Of a stretch of 36,564 nt of DNA, positions 35,188 to 36,564 are shown one piece after another. The notes below the pieces were generated by a model. That model was not told where the DNA came from. It saw only the letters and a program-made list of their open reading frames with translations, and ran no database searches. Source of the stretch: Promethearchaeota archaeon (GTDB taxonomy: Archaea; Asgardarchaeota; Lokiarchaeia; Sigyniarchaeales; SOKP01). The number at the start of each line of letters is the position of its first letter. The first letter of the stretch is position 1. A program made the position numbers and the translations under genes. The stretch lies in contig JBHLNT010000028.1 in the NCBI GenBank assembly GCA_048941265.1, positions 1 through 36,564 of the forward strand, in the 5' to 3' direction.

Positions 35188-36564
35188 ATGTCAAAAAAAG
35201 GTATTATTCTAAGTTGTGTTTTATTTCTGGCTATAATGTCAATAAATTGTTTTTACTTTATAAATGTGGAAACACCGATTGGGTCTGATAATCAAATAGA
35301 TAATGATTTAATAGCTCCAAAATTAAGCGGTTATACTATCACGGAGAAATGGAAGTTTGAAAGCTCAACTATGGATGACCTCGTAATCTCGGCTAATGGT
35401 GAATATATTGCTGTATCTAATGAAAGCAGGGGGAAGGTGATGCTTTTTAATAACGAAAGCAATAAAACGCTATGGACTTTTGATTTTGGGATTGATGATG
35501 TGAGATCCCTTGATATATCGGCTGATGGAAGCTATATATCAGTTGGAGTTACTAATGGTAAAGCATATTTATTTAACAATACAGAGGCTGGTTTCACCGG
35601 ATATAAACCTCCTGTTTGGATATTCAATGCACACTTGGGTAATGATGCGCTTGCTGCCACTTCCAGAGACGGAAAATATACCATAGTAGCGTTAGCCGAC
35701 TATCTTTATTTATTGAATAATTCCTACCAATCCGGTGATAAAGATTTTGAGTGGATATATAGTTTAGGAGGGAGTATTGAAATTAAAGCATTGGATATAG
35801 GCTACAATTCAATAGAAAATAAATATTATATTGCAGTTGGAGATTCTGCGGGTAATGTCACTCTTTTCGACGAACGAGATCCCTTTATTCACGGTTATTT
35901 ATGGAGAAATGAAACATCAAATCCCATTTCAAGATTAAAAATATCTGATGATGGTAAGTATATTTTAGCGGAGAAAATAGGAGGAGGGATATATTTATTT
36001 GATAAAACAATGCAAACTCCAAAAAGAGCATTATGGTCTTATTCGACTCCTGATGTAGTGGATAGTGATATCTCTGCCGATGGTACTTATATAATAATAA
36101 GTAAAGAATCTAGTGTTCAATATTTAAACTATAAAGTTACCGATCCAAAACAACCTGAGTGGGAGGCAAGTACTCCGAGTTACATATCTGATGGAGATAT
36201 ATCTGGAGATGGTAAGTATATTTTAATCGGAATAAGTCCTGTTATGGGGAGTGGCATTGTTAAATTGTATAACAGTAAAAAAACGCTACCAAAAGTTGAG
36301 GATTGGCAGGAATCTAAAGGATCTAGTATTCCTGATGTTGCTATAAATAATTTCGGTAATTACTTTGCTATAGTACAAGATGGTAATACATTGTATTTTT
36401 ATTATCACGATGTTCCATTATCTAGTGCAATTTTAAGTGATGGTGGCAATGGCGATGATGATAAAGATGTGGTATCTGATAATACAATTCTTATAATTAG
36501 TATCCTAACTATTATAATCGTAGGAGTAGCCGCCACAATTATTATTCTCTACAAATACAAACCA
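35188..36564 (+). CDS. Secreted, membrane-anchored WD40/PQQ-like beta-propeller protein (3'-truncated by window edge)
   Basis: Read by hand: 459 open codons from ATG 35188 (AGGTG upstream). Signal peptide; eight repeats of W.......D.S.DG.YI......yLf; acidic linker GGNGDDDKD; TM helix; ends YKYKP at the edge. Confidence 0.88.
   Translation, partial: MSKKGIILSCVLFLAIMSINCFYFINVETPIGSDNQIDNDLIAPKLSGYTITEKWKFESSTMDDLVISANGEYIAVSNESRGKVMLFNNESNKTLWTFDFGIDDVRSLDISADGSYISVGVTNGKAYLFNNTEAGFTGYKPPVWIFNAHLGNDALAATSRDGKYTIVALADYLYLLNNSYQSGDKDFEWIYSLGGSIEIKALDIGYNSIENKYYIAVGDSAGNVTLFDERDPFIHGYLWRNETSNPISRLKISDDGKYILAEKIGGGIYLFDKTMQTPKRALWSYSTPDVVDSDISADGTYIIISKESSVQYLNYKVTDPKQPEWEASTPSYISDGDISGDGKYILIGISPVMGSGIVKLYNSKKTLPKVEDWQESKGSSIPDVAINNFGNYFAIVQDGNTLYFYYHDVPLSSAILSDGGNGDDDKDVVSDNTILIISILTIIIVGVAATIIILYKYKP

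Noticed and set aside
1-36564. CRISPR arrays, tRNA/rRNA genes, IS elements and individual TATA-box calls
   Set aside because: No spaced direct repeats, GC-rich structured RNA or transposase seen. TATA-like hexamers are too frequent in these AT-rich spacers to assign by eye.

Overview
AT-rich, gene-dense archaeal chromosomal window. Archaeal information genes (Sm/Lsm, RIO2, aEF-1beta with its upstream Zn-finger gene, Clp1-type kinase, AbrB-PhoU), a gelsolin-like domain and a eukaryote-style PPP phosphatase suggest an Asgard archaeon, probably Lokiarchaeia (inference). It holds about 36 CDS, including a four-subunit 2-oxoacid:ferredoxin oxidoreductase, mutS and mutL, and an orphan N6-adenine DNA methyltransferase. 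I saw no rRNA, tRNA, CRISPR array or transposase. Three CDS missing from the supplied ORF track were read by hand: a 38-aa signal-peptide-bearing peptide (11195-11311, -), a 58-aa Zn-finger protein (32525-32701, -) and a beta-propeller surface protein running off the right edge (35188->36564, +). The best leads are: (1) a two-gene unit of a circularly permuted ATP-grasp ligase and an atypical M14 carboxypeptidase, a possible peptide-tag writer/eraser pair; (2) a shared 29-aa C-terminal anchor (DNTxLI...IVGxA...Y[RK]YKP) on two otherwise different surface beta-propellers, one beside a CPBP intramembrane protease; (3) a gelsolin-like domain fused to four TM helices; (4) the tiny secreted peptide; (5) a RIO2 gene that appears to lack a canonical start codon. 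All family calls come from motifs recognised by eye, and no searches were run.
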